Assembly (NCBI GenBank): GCA_038496445.1
Contig: JALMLS010000255.1
Coordinates: 578,679-642,678, forward strand
DNA length: 64,000 nucleotides
Reading direction: 5' to 3'
DNA from: Trichosphaerium sp. ATCC 40318
Taxonomy: Eukaryota; Protista; Tubulinea
The position numbers and the translations under genes were made by a program. Of the stretch, positions 14,741 through 27,547 are shown in pieces. The notes below the pieces were generated by a model. It was not told the DNA's origin. It worked only from the letters and a program-made list of their open reading frames with translations, and ran no database searches. Each line of letters opens with the position of its first letter. Position 1 is the stretch's first letter.

Positions 14741-15180
14741 TGTGTTTGCCTGGAAATGAACTTAAGCAGTTTAAGTTTACTGACTTGTAAAACAGTTGGT
14801 AACGGCGGGATTGCAGCAACTTCTCCTCAACGCATTCTTTTTTACGCACAACAGTACGTGGAAACTACTCTAAATAAAATTTTCGATGACATGTGAACCA
14901 TGACCTTCGTCTTGGTATCCTTGGAGCGTTTAGCGTGTTTGGCGGGTCATTTGGTAATTTTTGTTGTAACGAACAAGTAATTCCAAGTAACAGCTCTACA
15001 ATATGTTTTATCTGCTTTTACAACACAAACGCTACCATGTCTCACCACTCCATTTGAATTTTCGAAGCGAATTCGGTTCGATACCCGCTAAATGAGTGTT
15101 TGTATTCTTTCTAAAGCACTAAAGAACTATTTTGTGATGTTCATTCGCTCATTCTGCCATTAGATTAAAAAGTGACATTA

Positions 15181-16865
15181 ATGACGACAAGAAAGTTTGA
15201 CGAGCTATGCTGCGAACATCAAGGATCCCGTAAACGCTTCAAGGTACTATCATTCTCTTCTACAAAAAGCTCACGCGAAAAACAGAAAGAGCCAGTTCAA
15301 TCGACCCCACAGCATATTAAAGTACTTCCACCGCCTATAGAATCACTATGGTAATTACTTAAACCGAATTCAGGACGTTTATCCTGTTTTCCTTCCCAAT
15401 CCCAAAACTAAGATTCTGACCCATTCCGTAGCCTTAACCCTCGTTACTTGGGGACAACAAAGCCTACTAGAGCTAAAATAAGATACAGAAGAACTCTTTA
15501 TGATGATATCTTATTTGTTGAAGCGTGTGGTCAGTGTAGATTCTTTAGTCTCAAAAAACAAGGCACGTGAATATAAGGCGGAAATTCGGTTGGGTTTTCC
15601 TCTTGTTTTGTGAATATTCAAAAAAAAGTTGGTGTTTACTGTTGACTTTGTACTTATTTTAAGACGTTAGGGTTGGGAACTATGTTTCTAAAAAGTTTCT
15701 CTAATCGTGGTATGGGTAAGGTTGTTGCATTCCCATCATCGATAGTGACTACCATCACGGATAGTTTCATCGAGACTTGGGACTTTAGGTACGCTTTTTT
15801 CTTCGCTTTTTTTCTTCAACACTTGAGCTCATTTTTTTTCATGCAGGGGCTCTAAACCCGTCCAGTTGATGGATAGAACTCTAGTGCCTCAAGGGAACAA
15901 ACCTCAATGGCCTATTTTCGCTGATACTATTGGAACTGATCTCCTTGTTGTTGTCTTCGATCATCTCATTATTGTTTATTCTATCAGCGCACTTCGGATT
16001 GTTGCACAAAAAGTAGTATCTGCCAAGATCGAAAATGTCATTCAAGCAGGACCAGCAAGCTTTATAGGCTTAACAGATGGTGGCCTTGCTTTTTACTGGA
16101 TGTTTAATAAGAACAGTATGATTTTGAAGCAACAAGGTGTTCGTCTTCAACGTGGACATGCAGCTCATATAAATCCAAATATTACAACTTTCTTAAGCGG
16201 TGGACACTTGGTCTGTACGTACAATTTCTCGTCTCGTTTTTTGTTTTAAGTGCCGTGCACGACTGTATTATCTGGTTTTACTTATCGTTTATTGTTAGGC
16301 GCATGGACACAGAAGCATTCGAGGGTGTCTGATGATAATGTTGGGATTTGGAATCTTAACGGAAAATTGTTGGCGAATTTACAAGTTAGTCGTGTTGTTA
16401 CTTGCTTGAGGGATAAAACTGCACATGTACAATATCTACATGGTCTTAAAGATGGACGTGTTGCTATTGGAAACTCAAGGAGTGAGCTTATGTTATGGAA
16501 TCCGAGAACAAACAAAAAACATATTATTTGTCAAGGTGAGTTTTTTTTCTTTTTTTGCGGAAAGTCTCTTCTGTAGACCTTCTGCTCTCTATCGTTTTTG
16601 GTGTCTTACATTTTTAATAGGTGTACAAGAACCTTATTGCGAGCTACCAAGCGGTCATTTGGTTGTATGTGGTCAAGATGCTCCAGAATTGCTGTTTGTC
16701 GACTTGTCATCTAGAACAGTTTTGGGTCGTATTCATAATGCTATGCTTCGTGATGTCACTTCTCTGGACTACCTACAGCACCTTAATAAGATACTTGTAG
16801 GACATAAGCATAGTACTAGTATATGGGAACCTTATGCAGAAGTACCAATCAACTCAAGTTGCTAA
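15181..16865 (+). CDS. Divergent WD40/beta-propeller-like hypothetical protein
   Basis: Repeated strand-like segments ending in W (IETWD, VGIWN, LKDGRVAIG..LMLWN, LPSGHLVV, TSIWE). Start is approximate. Confidence 0.55.
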
Positions 16866-17229
16866 GCAACAACATTGTTGGGAATGGAACATAGTATTAA
16901 TTTTTGGCCACGTGGAAAAACATTTTTGTAAAACACTGTAAATAAACATAGAATATCTCAGTATTCCTTAGACTTCCGTATCACTAAAATGTACATACAG
17001 TTCAGTTCTCACGTGAAAATGTAACGCTGTAAAAGCTTGATGTACATCAATACAATTTTTTCTTGTTTATTGGTTGTAAAACGCACGTGTTTAAACGAAC
17101 CCACGTATTTCAGGGTTTTACATAAAACCACAATAAAAAAAGCTGTTACACTTTGTGCATTAAAAACGCAATACTTGTTCTTTCTAGTGTAAGGAGAGAC
17201 GTCTCTTTGCAACCAAAACTTGCTTGACA

Positions 17230-17474
17230 ATCATTTGTAGAGCCTTCCAGAGGAATACAGGAAGCGCTTAAGTAGAAGCCTTCTTCAGTCCTGTACAACC
17301 TACTAGACAAATCTGGAAGATGTTCTAATGAATCGGGTTGGTGACAACAATGGTCGTTGCCAGGTTGTCTTCCCGAAGGGGTAGAGAGCGTCCGTCACCA
17401 ACAAGATCTTTGAAGCTGCGGTTTTAAGGAACTTCGGAGCAGCTACTGAGCAGCTACGAACTCCTTTTTTTTTT
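17230..17474 (+). ncRNA. Candidate structured non-coding RNA, family unassigned
   Basis: GC-richer island with nested perfect stems: 17244-51/17312-19, 17256-62/17289-95, 17337-45/17394-402. A terminal hairpin is followed by a T10 run. No coding signal. Confidence 0.45.
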
Positions 17475-18219
17475 CAAAGTGACGGTTTTATCAGACGTAC
17501 GGGCAAGATCATGCATAGCCTTTTAGTAGTTACTAGCGTCCTAGCGATGATTTTTGGTAAGTAGCCCGCGTCATGTACGTCCGCCTTGTACCAGAAACTG
17601 TGAGATTTTGGAAGCGTTTGTTTGGTACTTGCTAGAACCAGGCTGTAAGCTTTGACACATGTAGCACAGAATACAAATAATTCATATTAGAATACTAGTT
17701 AGAAATTGCCCTGAACTGTTTTATGGGTTCAACTGACAACACTGTGTAAGGGTACAAAGGTTGGGTATATGGAAACTAAGTATTTAAGTAATGTAGTTAA
17801 GTACAGAGCGTTACACACTGAGCTATGAAATACAAGTTCAAAGGTACCATTTTTTTAGTTCTCTACTACATACATGCTGTGTCTAATTTAAAATGTATTT
17901 TGTTGGGACTGGAGTCATTGTGGAGAGCTTTGCAAACCGAATTGCTATTTCGAAAGAAATATTGATCTTCATTGTAACTCGTTTAATGACGTTTTTTCGG
18001 ACCGTTTAAGATAACATATTGTAAACGCTCTAAAGGACAAACGTATTACGACGGAGGTGATGGCTGTAGGTTCGGTTTACATTTCAGAGAAGCCGGAATG
18101 TATTCCCGAGGACAAGAATACTAAAAGAAAAAACCGCTCGGCTTACCTTCCTTTTTTAGAAACAGTTCCGCCCTGCTGACTTGGCATCACTTGATCATTA
18201 TCTCAATTCTATACCTCCA

Positions 18220-19131
18220 ATGGCTACTATTCACTACCTTTTCTATCCGCTCCATGTCGTATTGCTCACATTGGTGCTCTTGCTACTGGTACTGACGTAA
18301 CTCTCAAGGTACTCATCAAAAACATGAACAACTTGGTTGCTGATAAAGTATCTGTTAGCCTGTAGATTTGCTCAACGGTGAGCACAAACAAGAAGCTTAT
18401 TTGAAAATAAACCCAAAACACCAAGTACCATCTGTAACCGAAGGAGATGTTGTTGTGCGCGACTCAAGTGCTATTCTCAGGTACCACTTTTGAACACATT
18501 ATTTCTCCGCAAGAACAAAAAAACACAAGCCGCTTATACCCAAAATAGGTATTTTAGCATTCAAAATCCATCACCTGTTTACCCTATAAACAACGCAGTA
18601 GCACTTGCTCCAGTACGTTTACAAACTTTTATGAATTGATTAAAACGCAATATCACGTTTTGTGAAAAGACAACTAAAGCAGTTTTTTATTTTAGATTGA
18701 CTCTGCCTACGAATCTATTCGCAGTGATATCTTCAACACTTGCAACAAGTTTGCTGTTGAGAATTGCTTCGTTTCAAAGGTGTATAAGCAAAGAGAGACA
18801 TGTCCTAAAAAACTGAAAGAGATCACCGATAAACTACAAGCTGAGGTATTTAACACTCTTTTTTTTTTTGCTGAGTTCCTTGTATTTGCTTACCTCTGAA
18901 TAGCTAGCATTCTACGAGAAGAACTACTTCAAGAACTCACGTTTCTTGGTGGGAGACTCTGTATCCATGGCTGACTATGCGTTGTGCGTTTCTCTCGCTC
19001 AAGCTACTGGTACTGGATACAAGGACGCGCTTCCTAAAAAGATTGCTTCTTTGTTCAAAAGAGTTAAGAAAGACCCTGTGTACAAAGAAGCACACGCAGC
19101 TTTCTTCGAGTTCGCTGCCACTATGGAATAA
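18220..19131 (+). CDS. Glutathione S-transferase (theta/delta-like); 5' end has an apparent 1-nt frameshift
   Basis: LSAPCR, DLLNGEHKQEAYLKINPKHQVP, DSSAILRY and FLVGDSVSMADY. Confidence 0.85.
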
Positions 19132-19316
19132 TAAACAGTACAATAATGTAGTTTGTTAATAAACGAATTCCAACTGTAGCAAGTGTGTTTCAAGTCTTTA
19201 AGTCTTTACTTTTCTTAAAGGCAAAGGGTGTATTTTTTATCTTACATTCACTGTTTCGACACAGCTCCGAATCCTTGTTACTAATACAATGTTTATTTAC
19301 AATTTTTTTCTACTGT

Positions 19317-21186
19317 TTATGAAAATAGCGACATAGAGCGTCGTGCAAGAAGCCTAAAACAAATCAAAATTGTAAAAAAGGTTGAACGGTTTACTGTTGA
19401 TAGGATTTCTTTTGCGACCAAGTTAGTGATGTATTACTTAAATCTAATGTAGGATGTAATAAATCCAATACTTTAGGATAGTATGGTAGTAATCCACCTC
19501 CACCAAGGCATCGAATTTGCCATTTAGAAACAGAACACCTAAATCAGTTTTAAGCTATTTTTGTTGGAGCTTAGAAAAGAAGAACAAGCAACTGTTTTAT
19601 AGCTGAGTTACGTACCATGATTGTAGCTCACTAATGTTTAATTCATTTGCTATCTTATTCAGAAAATTTAATTGGTTACTCTGTTTAGACCAGTAGCCGT
19701 AAGTGACACGTGATCCTTGTTTTCTACATAAAAAAATTAAGCCGATGGCAACTTCTCCTTTGTTTCGTTTATTGATTTAAACACGCACACAACAGGCCAT
19801 ATGAGATTTGGATACATTGATTTCATCGCTTTTGGAATGACATAATTGTACCTAGTGATGATGAGTATAAGTATGTATAGAGTATAAAGAGGAACAAGTT
19901 GGTAAAAAAAAAGAAATGTAAAAAAAAGTTGGGATCTCACTTTGCAAGGATTGGAGCGCCACCACATTTCTCTATTTGCTTATGTGATATTGTAAACCAA
20001 TCACTGAGTAATTTTACATTTAATTTAAATCCAATCTCTTCGAATTTCTCGCGTTGGTTATTCACACTATTCCAAAATGATTGAGGAACTTTTTTGAACT
20101 TCCAAGCAACCCAAGAAAATAAAGGGTAGCATGCTCTCAGCATCAAAAACCCTGAAGACTTGTACCTTAGGAGAACAATTAACCGCCATGGCTACTTATA
20201 ATGATATTATCTCGTACTTGCTTAGTATACCAGACCCACCGTGATTGTGTAAAGTAGCATTTGATACTCTGTACCACTCGCTGTGAGATTTTAAGTTCAA
20301 TTTTTCTCCGATCTCATCTAATTTATCTCTTTGGTTTTTTAAACTGTTCCAGTGATCCATAGGCACATTTCTAAGCAAATAAAAAGGTAAACATTGACTC
20401 CAAGGTTGAAATAACCGCTGACTCCCAATTGTTTTCGAACAACCTTCAAATTCCAAAAAAAACACGTGATTTTTATGGTCTTCGTTAAACGATCAAATTT
20501 ATGTTCACGAAACGTTATTGGAGGAAATGAATGTCAGTTGAGTGTCAGTTTGGTCGTGTCAAGAAAGTGGAAAAAAATGAGATAATATTAGCATGCTGCG
20601 TACTGAAATTTGCTAGGTTGCCAAGGATACTTTGGAAAGACTGCTTTCAAAGTTTTGTAGAGCGAACGTCCATGCCTTCGATAATGCATCAGTTTAGCAT
20701 CATACTACTGAAGAACGTACCGCTCTAGCACCATAGCAGAGCCAAGAGATTCAAAGTTTTCAAAGCTTACGGTGTACCATCCATCTAGCGTTTTAATTCC
20801 CATACGCTTACCAACTGCGTTTAAAGCCGCAATTTCATTGCGAACACTAAGCCAATAGCCGTTTGGAGATTTCCTAAACGATCTAATTACAAAAAAGCGA
20901 TAACAGCCTGTAACGTACTTTAATCGCTTTTTCGTTGCGTGTTTGGTGCGTTCGAAGGGTTGAAAACGAGAAGTTAGTGTTTTGACGTGTGTACTGTCAG
21001 CAAGTTAGTACAATTGTTGTATACAGAGTGTCTCGATGGTAATTACGCACATGGTAGCTTTTGGTGTCGCTTTTTGATTGTTTTTGTTAACAGCACCAGT
21101 CAAATGGATTTCAACGCATCGGGGTGTAGTATTAAATGCTACTGAATCGATTTTACATCCCGTTGATGCTATTCGTATTGGACGCA
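19317..21186 (-). CDS. Trp-rich ~70-aa repeat protein of unknown function
   Basis: Four repeats of pattern P.G(Y/F)W....NQ...L..IG..L.....W..VS......GG..L..Y......L...YP...W. Both ends are approximate. Confidence 0.7.
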
Positions 21187-21334
21187 TTAGTACAAGGCGG
21201 GTAACACGTTTGTTGTTGCGCCCACCTGTTTCATTTCTCGTTGTAACGTGACTGCACAAGACCACAATAAATTCTTGGCGTTAAACTACAAAACTGTTGT
21301 TTCTTTGATCACTCACGTACTTTTTGACCGTAAA

Positions 21335-22747
21335 ATGTCTACAGGGTTTCAGAATGAAGATCAGGTAATTTTACGCCTCCCAGAGGGCTTGGCGAGCCAA
21401 TTACGTAAAATGATAAGATCTGGCGGTTCTTCTAATGGCATTGAGTTATCCATGGACAGTACGGGTTGATTAGCTACACAATTGAACTAAATTTTGAAAG
21501 GTAAACGTGAGGGTGTCTTTACAATGAATGGCACAGAGCATGAGGTTACTCTAGTGGACTTACCATGTATAATTGAGACGCAAAAGACTCTAGACAATAG
21601 AACGTACTATAAGAGTGGTAGCATATCCCAGGTACATACAATGGGTTGAATGCTCGTATAACAAGGTAAAAAGATGTTACTCGTACAAAATGAAGAAGGA
21701 TGGGAGCAACAATGGAATGATCGTTACGAGGTTGACTCTGGACTCACTCCGCCAACGAGAAACATAAGAAGGCGTAAATTTAAACACATCGAAAAAATGA
21801 AGCGGGAAGAGGTTCAACCAACAGAAAACGAGCTAATTAAGCGTATAAGAGGTAAACACAACCAAGAAAAACCAGAACTAGTGGAGGATTTCCTTCAAAA
21901 ACATGAGCACTGCTCGCTTTTGGAATTTTGATGTGATAGCTTTTATGTCACTTAACACGGTCTGTTCTAGGCGAAAGCAGCGGTAATGGTGCTGAGAATG
22001 TAGAACTTGTGTCTGTAGATGCTATTAAAGATATAGTGAAGAAAAAGGATAAGAACACAATCGTTACAGTGCGTAATACGCCTAAAGGCGAAAAAACAAA
22101 AAGTACGTCCACGTGGAATTTGTAAAATTTTTTGTTCTTCTTCTTTCCTTGGAATCTATTTTAACTGTATTGTAGCTGGCATTACTATTGTTGATGAAAC
22201 AAAAATGGCTGATGAACAAGAAGCTGCTCAAGCGGCAGCAAGTACGCCAGAAAACTTCATAAAAAAAGACTATTGCTTACCCTGTCAGATATGCCTAATT
22301 TATTCGATCAAAGTGGAACACAAACTCCAGCAAGTCCAGGCGCCGTTGCTATGTCTCCACCACATGTTTTGAAGCCTGGAAAACCAAGTACGCTACAAAC
22401 AAACAACACAATTTTGTTTTTTAGCTTTAGCCAGTTTTTGTTGATCCCACTTCTTTAGGCTACGAAAGTAACCCAGCATATTTGGATTTGCGACAAAGGC
22501 GCCTTAAATTAGAAGGTACAATACGTGAATTGATGCGTAAGCGTCAAGGTCTAGAGAGTAACCTGCAGAAAGAACAAAATCCAATGATGAAGGTATCTTA
22601 AAAATAATTGTTTTTTCAAAAGACTAAATCTTGTAGAACCGCATCCAACAAGACATTAACCAAGTAAATAATATTATGGCTGTGAATCAAACGGAGAATA
22701 ATACAGTTAAAGAACAAATGAAGCGTATAGCAGATGCACATGCATAA
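21335..22747 (+). CDS. TAF7: Transcription initiation factor TFIID subunit 7
   Basis: EDQVILRLP, LVDLPCIIETQKTLD, YKSGSISQML and SGLTPPTRNIRRRKF; C-terminal NPMMKNR coil. Confidence 0.92.
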
Positions 22748-23036
22748 ACATAACAAAAAACTGAGGAATTAAAAAAACTGTATTGGAGTATCGCAATCGA
22801 TCTGTTGCTGTAAGTTTATCCTTGCTCAAACAAAAAAAATATCAAATAAAATTGTACATAGTTGTAAGATTATAACTCGTTTATACGCATTTCTTTTGTA
22901 CAAACAAGTGACATTTTGACACATGTTATTCAATGAACAATAACGACCAAACATAGTGCAGATGTCAAAAAAAAACAAAGCAGTGCGTTGCCGATTTATA
23001 GGTTAGTTACAAGAATATACATACAGAGCCTCGATG

Positions 23037-23808
23037 TTACTCAGCAGAGAATGCCAAGACTTGTAAACATCCCTCAATATATTCATCTAGAGTCACCTAA
23101 ACGAAGATAAGAAAATGCAATCCAAAAGGGTACCGATAAATAACGGAGCATTTAACAAATCATGTTCTGTATCTTTCAAAAAATTACCTTTCCATCGTCA
23201 TTAGCGTCAAGTTCCTTTAAATACTCTTCTGCGCCAGTTTGCTAAACCCATAAATTAAACTAAAGCAAACCAACGGAAAACCAGAGTTATTAATAGTGGC
23301 GTTTGTCTAGGTTAGTTTATTGCGCGTACGTCAAGTCTTTGGAAAGCTTTTTTCATTTCTGTTAGAGTTACAACGCCATCTTTGTTTTTGTCAAGGAAAT
23401 TGAAGTCATCAAGGAAGCGTCTCTTTACAAGATCTGTAAATTCTTCAAGATCAATCCTAGTGCAATTTAACGGTCTGTAAAAACTCAAATGATATTTTGG
23501 AAGCGAAATATGATCTTTTTATCGATTTTGCGTACTGTCCGTCGTCGTTTGCGTCGATTTGTTTGATTCCCTTTAAAATTTCTCCTCGTGACAATTTAAG
23601 CACTGCCTAGCACTCTTTGAGCGTGGATTATGTTATTTGCGTGGTTTTAAACGTTTTTAGCTCATTTGTGTATGTTTGGTTAACAAAATGGTACTTCTAG
23701 TTCTGTTAGGCTCAGTTTTCCATCACCGTTTGAATCCAGTTTATCGAAGACTTTTTTTATCATTGCCTCCTTTTTCTTGTCTATCTTTCCTCCTGCCTTG
23801 TTGCCCAT
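23037..23808 (-). CDS. Four-EF-hand calcium-binding protein with possible N-myristoylation
   Basis: MGNKAG start; loops DSNGDGKLSLTE, DANDDGQIDLEE, DKNKDGVVTLTE and DANDDGKVTLDE. Confidence 0.88.
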
Positions 23809-24099
23809 GTTGTCACAAACCAAATTATGGTTTTTCTCGGAGTAATGACACGAATTGACCAGTTTTTATTAAGGTCCGATTTGTAACACTACAACCAACT
23901 CTGCTGTGGGTCAACAACGAAGATATACCGGTTTTAACTTTTTTTTTAACTTTCAGTGATGACGTTAACACCCTTTGCCAAATGAGGACAAGGCGACTGA
24001 CTACTTCTTTACTCATTGTGTTTATGACAGTTAACTTAATGTAATTGTGTTCCATCAAGGTTACAAAGTGACATTTTACGTTGAAGTTTACAATGGTTG

Positions 24100-27000
24100 A
24101 CCGATTTTAGGATATCACGAGATCTGACATGCTTCTCGTTGAGCGATTGTATTCATTTTGTAAAGGCCTGGGTGGGGAGCGTTACGAGAAAGAAAATAAA
24201 GCGCTGACTGACGCTTGTACGCTTTGAAAGTTTTAAAAATTGGCGGCTAACCAATTCCAGTTCAAATATGCGACTATGGATGTCCTGGAGAGCGTATGGC
24301 GTTACGTGTTCGAAAAGTCAATACAAATGCCACAAGAGAGGTACATGAATCTTACGCCTAGGAATGGTACTGTAGTGTTGTGGTAACAGTATACAGGATT
24401 TCGTGTTGAGAAATCTAACCGATCTTCGAGAGGGTATCTCGTATTGCACTGAAATAGGTACTCGCGTACACAGAGGTGCTAGTCAGATATTTCTTGGCGG
24501 TACGGGTTGAAATTAGAGTCTCGAAGGCGTAATCGCTTTACTTAGGTGGTTTTATAACTGTTGCGCTACCTAACTCAGGTTTGACGTATCAACTGGTTAG
24601 TTTTCGCACGTGAGTGTAAATACGAAGTGCTAACGTCAAATCTATCTATAGAAAGGATCATTACACGTCCCAGTACTAAAGAAGGCTATACAACTATTCC
24701 TCAAAAACGAAACGGTTACAAAGAATACACCAATGATTTTTTTCGATAAATCAAAGAGATTCACGTTCTTCGTTAGTGACTTACGTAATCTATCATTGGT
24801 ACGTAACAACCAACTTTGGTCTATGTATTTTCATATACAACATGCACCCAATAATGGGAGAGGCTCTTTTTAAATAACAAGTTGAACCAAACAATGCAAT
24901 CCACAAGAAAACCAAGTTTTGTCAAAACTTGTATTTTGTGTTTTTTTAGTTTTTCGTTGGTCGATGATTTTGTCCATGTGCTTACTCGGATTGTTGTTAG
25001 AATATTGCGTATTATAATCAAGATGAAACTATTGAACTATACCGTCAAAATAAAGGAGATATCATTGACTTTAAATTTGGACATAAGCTCAAGGATTCAT
25101 CAACAATTATTCCAAGAAACGTACTTAGTCAAATTAAACAAGACGAAAATGCTCCACCAAATGCAGTTACAGATAAAATCAAATATGATAAAGATAAGAC
25201 TACGATCACATATATTGATGTCGCCAAGCGGCGTAACGAAAAAGTTGTACTACTCAGTGCACTGCTCAAAAAAACTCCTATGGTTTTGCCTGGTTAGCTT
25301 TTTTGTTGAGCATCTTATTGACTGTTTTATAGCGCCAGAGCCTATGAATATAGTATCTAATTCTGCTGGAAAAAAGAGAAAACGGTATGTACCATGAATA
25401 TTGTTTGCGCATCGTTATGTTAAGGCTATACTTTCTTACTTTCTTTTTAGCATAGCAACACCGTTACAAGCGTCCCCACCACCACCTCCACCTCTACCTC
25501 CACGACCTCCGTTGGTGCCTATAGCTCCACCACTACCTGAGAGAATAGGGCCGCCACCACCACCAATTATGGGACCGCCACCAATGGCACTGGGGTCTTC
25601 TAGAGTAAAGTTAAGGAAAACCAAGGCAAGAATAACGATTTTCTTTTATGTCTAACATGCCATTAGAGTACCAAAAATTTTCATTGGTCTGCTGTGCCCA
25701 AGACACAGTTACCTCAATCTAGATGGTTTAAGCGTGAAGGAACAAAGTCTGTACCGACACTAGCGATTCTTGACGAGCAAGAAATACAAGCTATTTTCGC
25801 TAAATCGCCTGACAAGGCTGGTGCGCTTTTTTTTTGTTTTCTTTTTTTTTCTCATTTTACAGTTTACGTGTTTCCTCGTGTTTCATAGTCTTTCTTACGT
25901 CTTGTTTTGTGTTACAGCACGTGAGAAATCCAGGAAGAAAAAGAGTAATATCACTACATTAACTAGAGCTAAGAAGCGTAAGTTGTCGTTGCTACCAAAC
26001 AAACGTGCACAAACAGTTTCAATCATGTTGCTCAACTTTCGTGGGGTTCTGTTTGATGATATTAAAACAAGCTTAATGTTATTGGAAGATACTTGTAATG
26101 AAGAACAGTTAATCAACTTAAAACGTATATTCCCTTTGACAGAACAAGAGGTATAAGAAAAGATATTTACTTGTTTTATTTGGTTCTGACGTAGTTTTTT
26201 AGATGAGGGTGTTTAGTAAGTTTAATGGTGTTGCATCTGATCTTGGTAACCCTGATCGTTTTTTCCTGACAGTATGTTTATTATTAGAGTCTGTTGTGGT
26301 ATTAACGCTTGTTTGGTAGATGCATGATGTCCCAGATCTTGAGTTTAGAATAGATATGTTGTTGCTTAAGTGTGAAGCTCCAACGCTTATGAACGAGTTG
26401 TCACAGGTACCCATTTATTATTTAGTCTGGTTCTGTGTATTGGATGCATTTAATAATATTTTAGTCTCTTACAATCGTACAAAGCGCATCTCGAGAGCTT
26501 AGGTCCTCTAAACTATTTGAAGAAGTTTTTGATGTAAGTTCATTTCTTTTGTGATAATGTCTTATTCTATTAGCTCATTTATGAAATGGGCACTGTTCTC
26601 AATAGAGGCTCGTTTTTGGGAAGAACCACTGGCATTCGATTGGATACTTTATTGCAGGTACAGTAAAACAGAATTTATGATTTTATTAACTGTTCCCAGT
26701 TGACAACAATAAAATCACGAAAACATGGTATAGACTTGCTTGATTATGTGGTAAATGTGACTTCAAAGAAAAAGCCAGAATTGATAAACTTCTATAACGA
26801 GTTGTCGAGTGTAGAACAGGCAGCCCAAGGTAAGAGGAGAGTACAATCTCGTTCGTCTTTATTTTTTAAAACACCATCTCTGACACGCCTTTTTAGTGTC
26901 ATTGCAGGCCACAAAGAATAGTGTATCACAGTTAAACACACGCCTTTCTTTACTAGAAAATAAATTAGAGCAAGCACGTGGGTCTGACGACAGTTTGAAA

Positions 27001-27361
27001 GGCTTTGATGCACTGATAGTATCCTGGAGTATTTTCTTAAATCTTTCTTATTTTTTTGTTTATAGTAGAATTATCCTTAACCATCTGTAACAGCCATTCC
27101 ATAGCCGATGTAAAAAAGAATTAGATGTACTGAACGACGCCCTTAAAACTGCTACAGAGGAGTTTGAGGAGACCTCAAAGTATTATGGTGAAGATCCGTC
27201 AAAAATGACATCTTTAAAATTATTTGGGACAGTTGACAAGTTTATCAACGTTTTTAAGGTATGTCTGTTGATATCTATATTATTGAGATGGATGGTATTT
27301 TCTTAATTTTAACATGCTATTACAGGTTGCTGTGGAACGGTACAACACAAAACCAAAATAA
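24100..27361 (+). CDS. Formin (FH1-FH2)
   Basis: Polyproline FH1 at ~25460-25585, then NFHWS, KRAQTVSIML, PDRFFL and MGTVLNRGS..TGIRLDTL, LLDYVV, YYGEDP. 5' end is unresolved. Confidence 0.88.
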
Positions 27362-27547
27362 AATTTGAGTGAGTTTTTGGTATTCAAAGGATATTGCCGT
27401 GAGGTACAAAACACAAGTGTAAATAAAGATGGACAAATATTATGTACTAAAGTGGTATTGGTTGTATCAGTGTAGGAGCTGTGGTTTAAAATAAGTGACG
27501 TAAATCGGACAAATGAGCTTAATTAAGTTTCATTATGTTTACTAAAT

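Noticed and set aside
17256-17295. Hammerhead ribozyme (CTGAAGA on the minus strand), or U3/SRP identity for the structured region
   Set aside because: No GAAA core, no UGAUGA boxes, and the SRP helix-8 geometry does not form; only short similarities.
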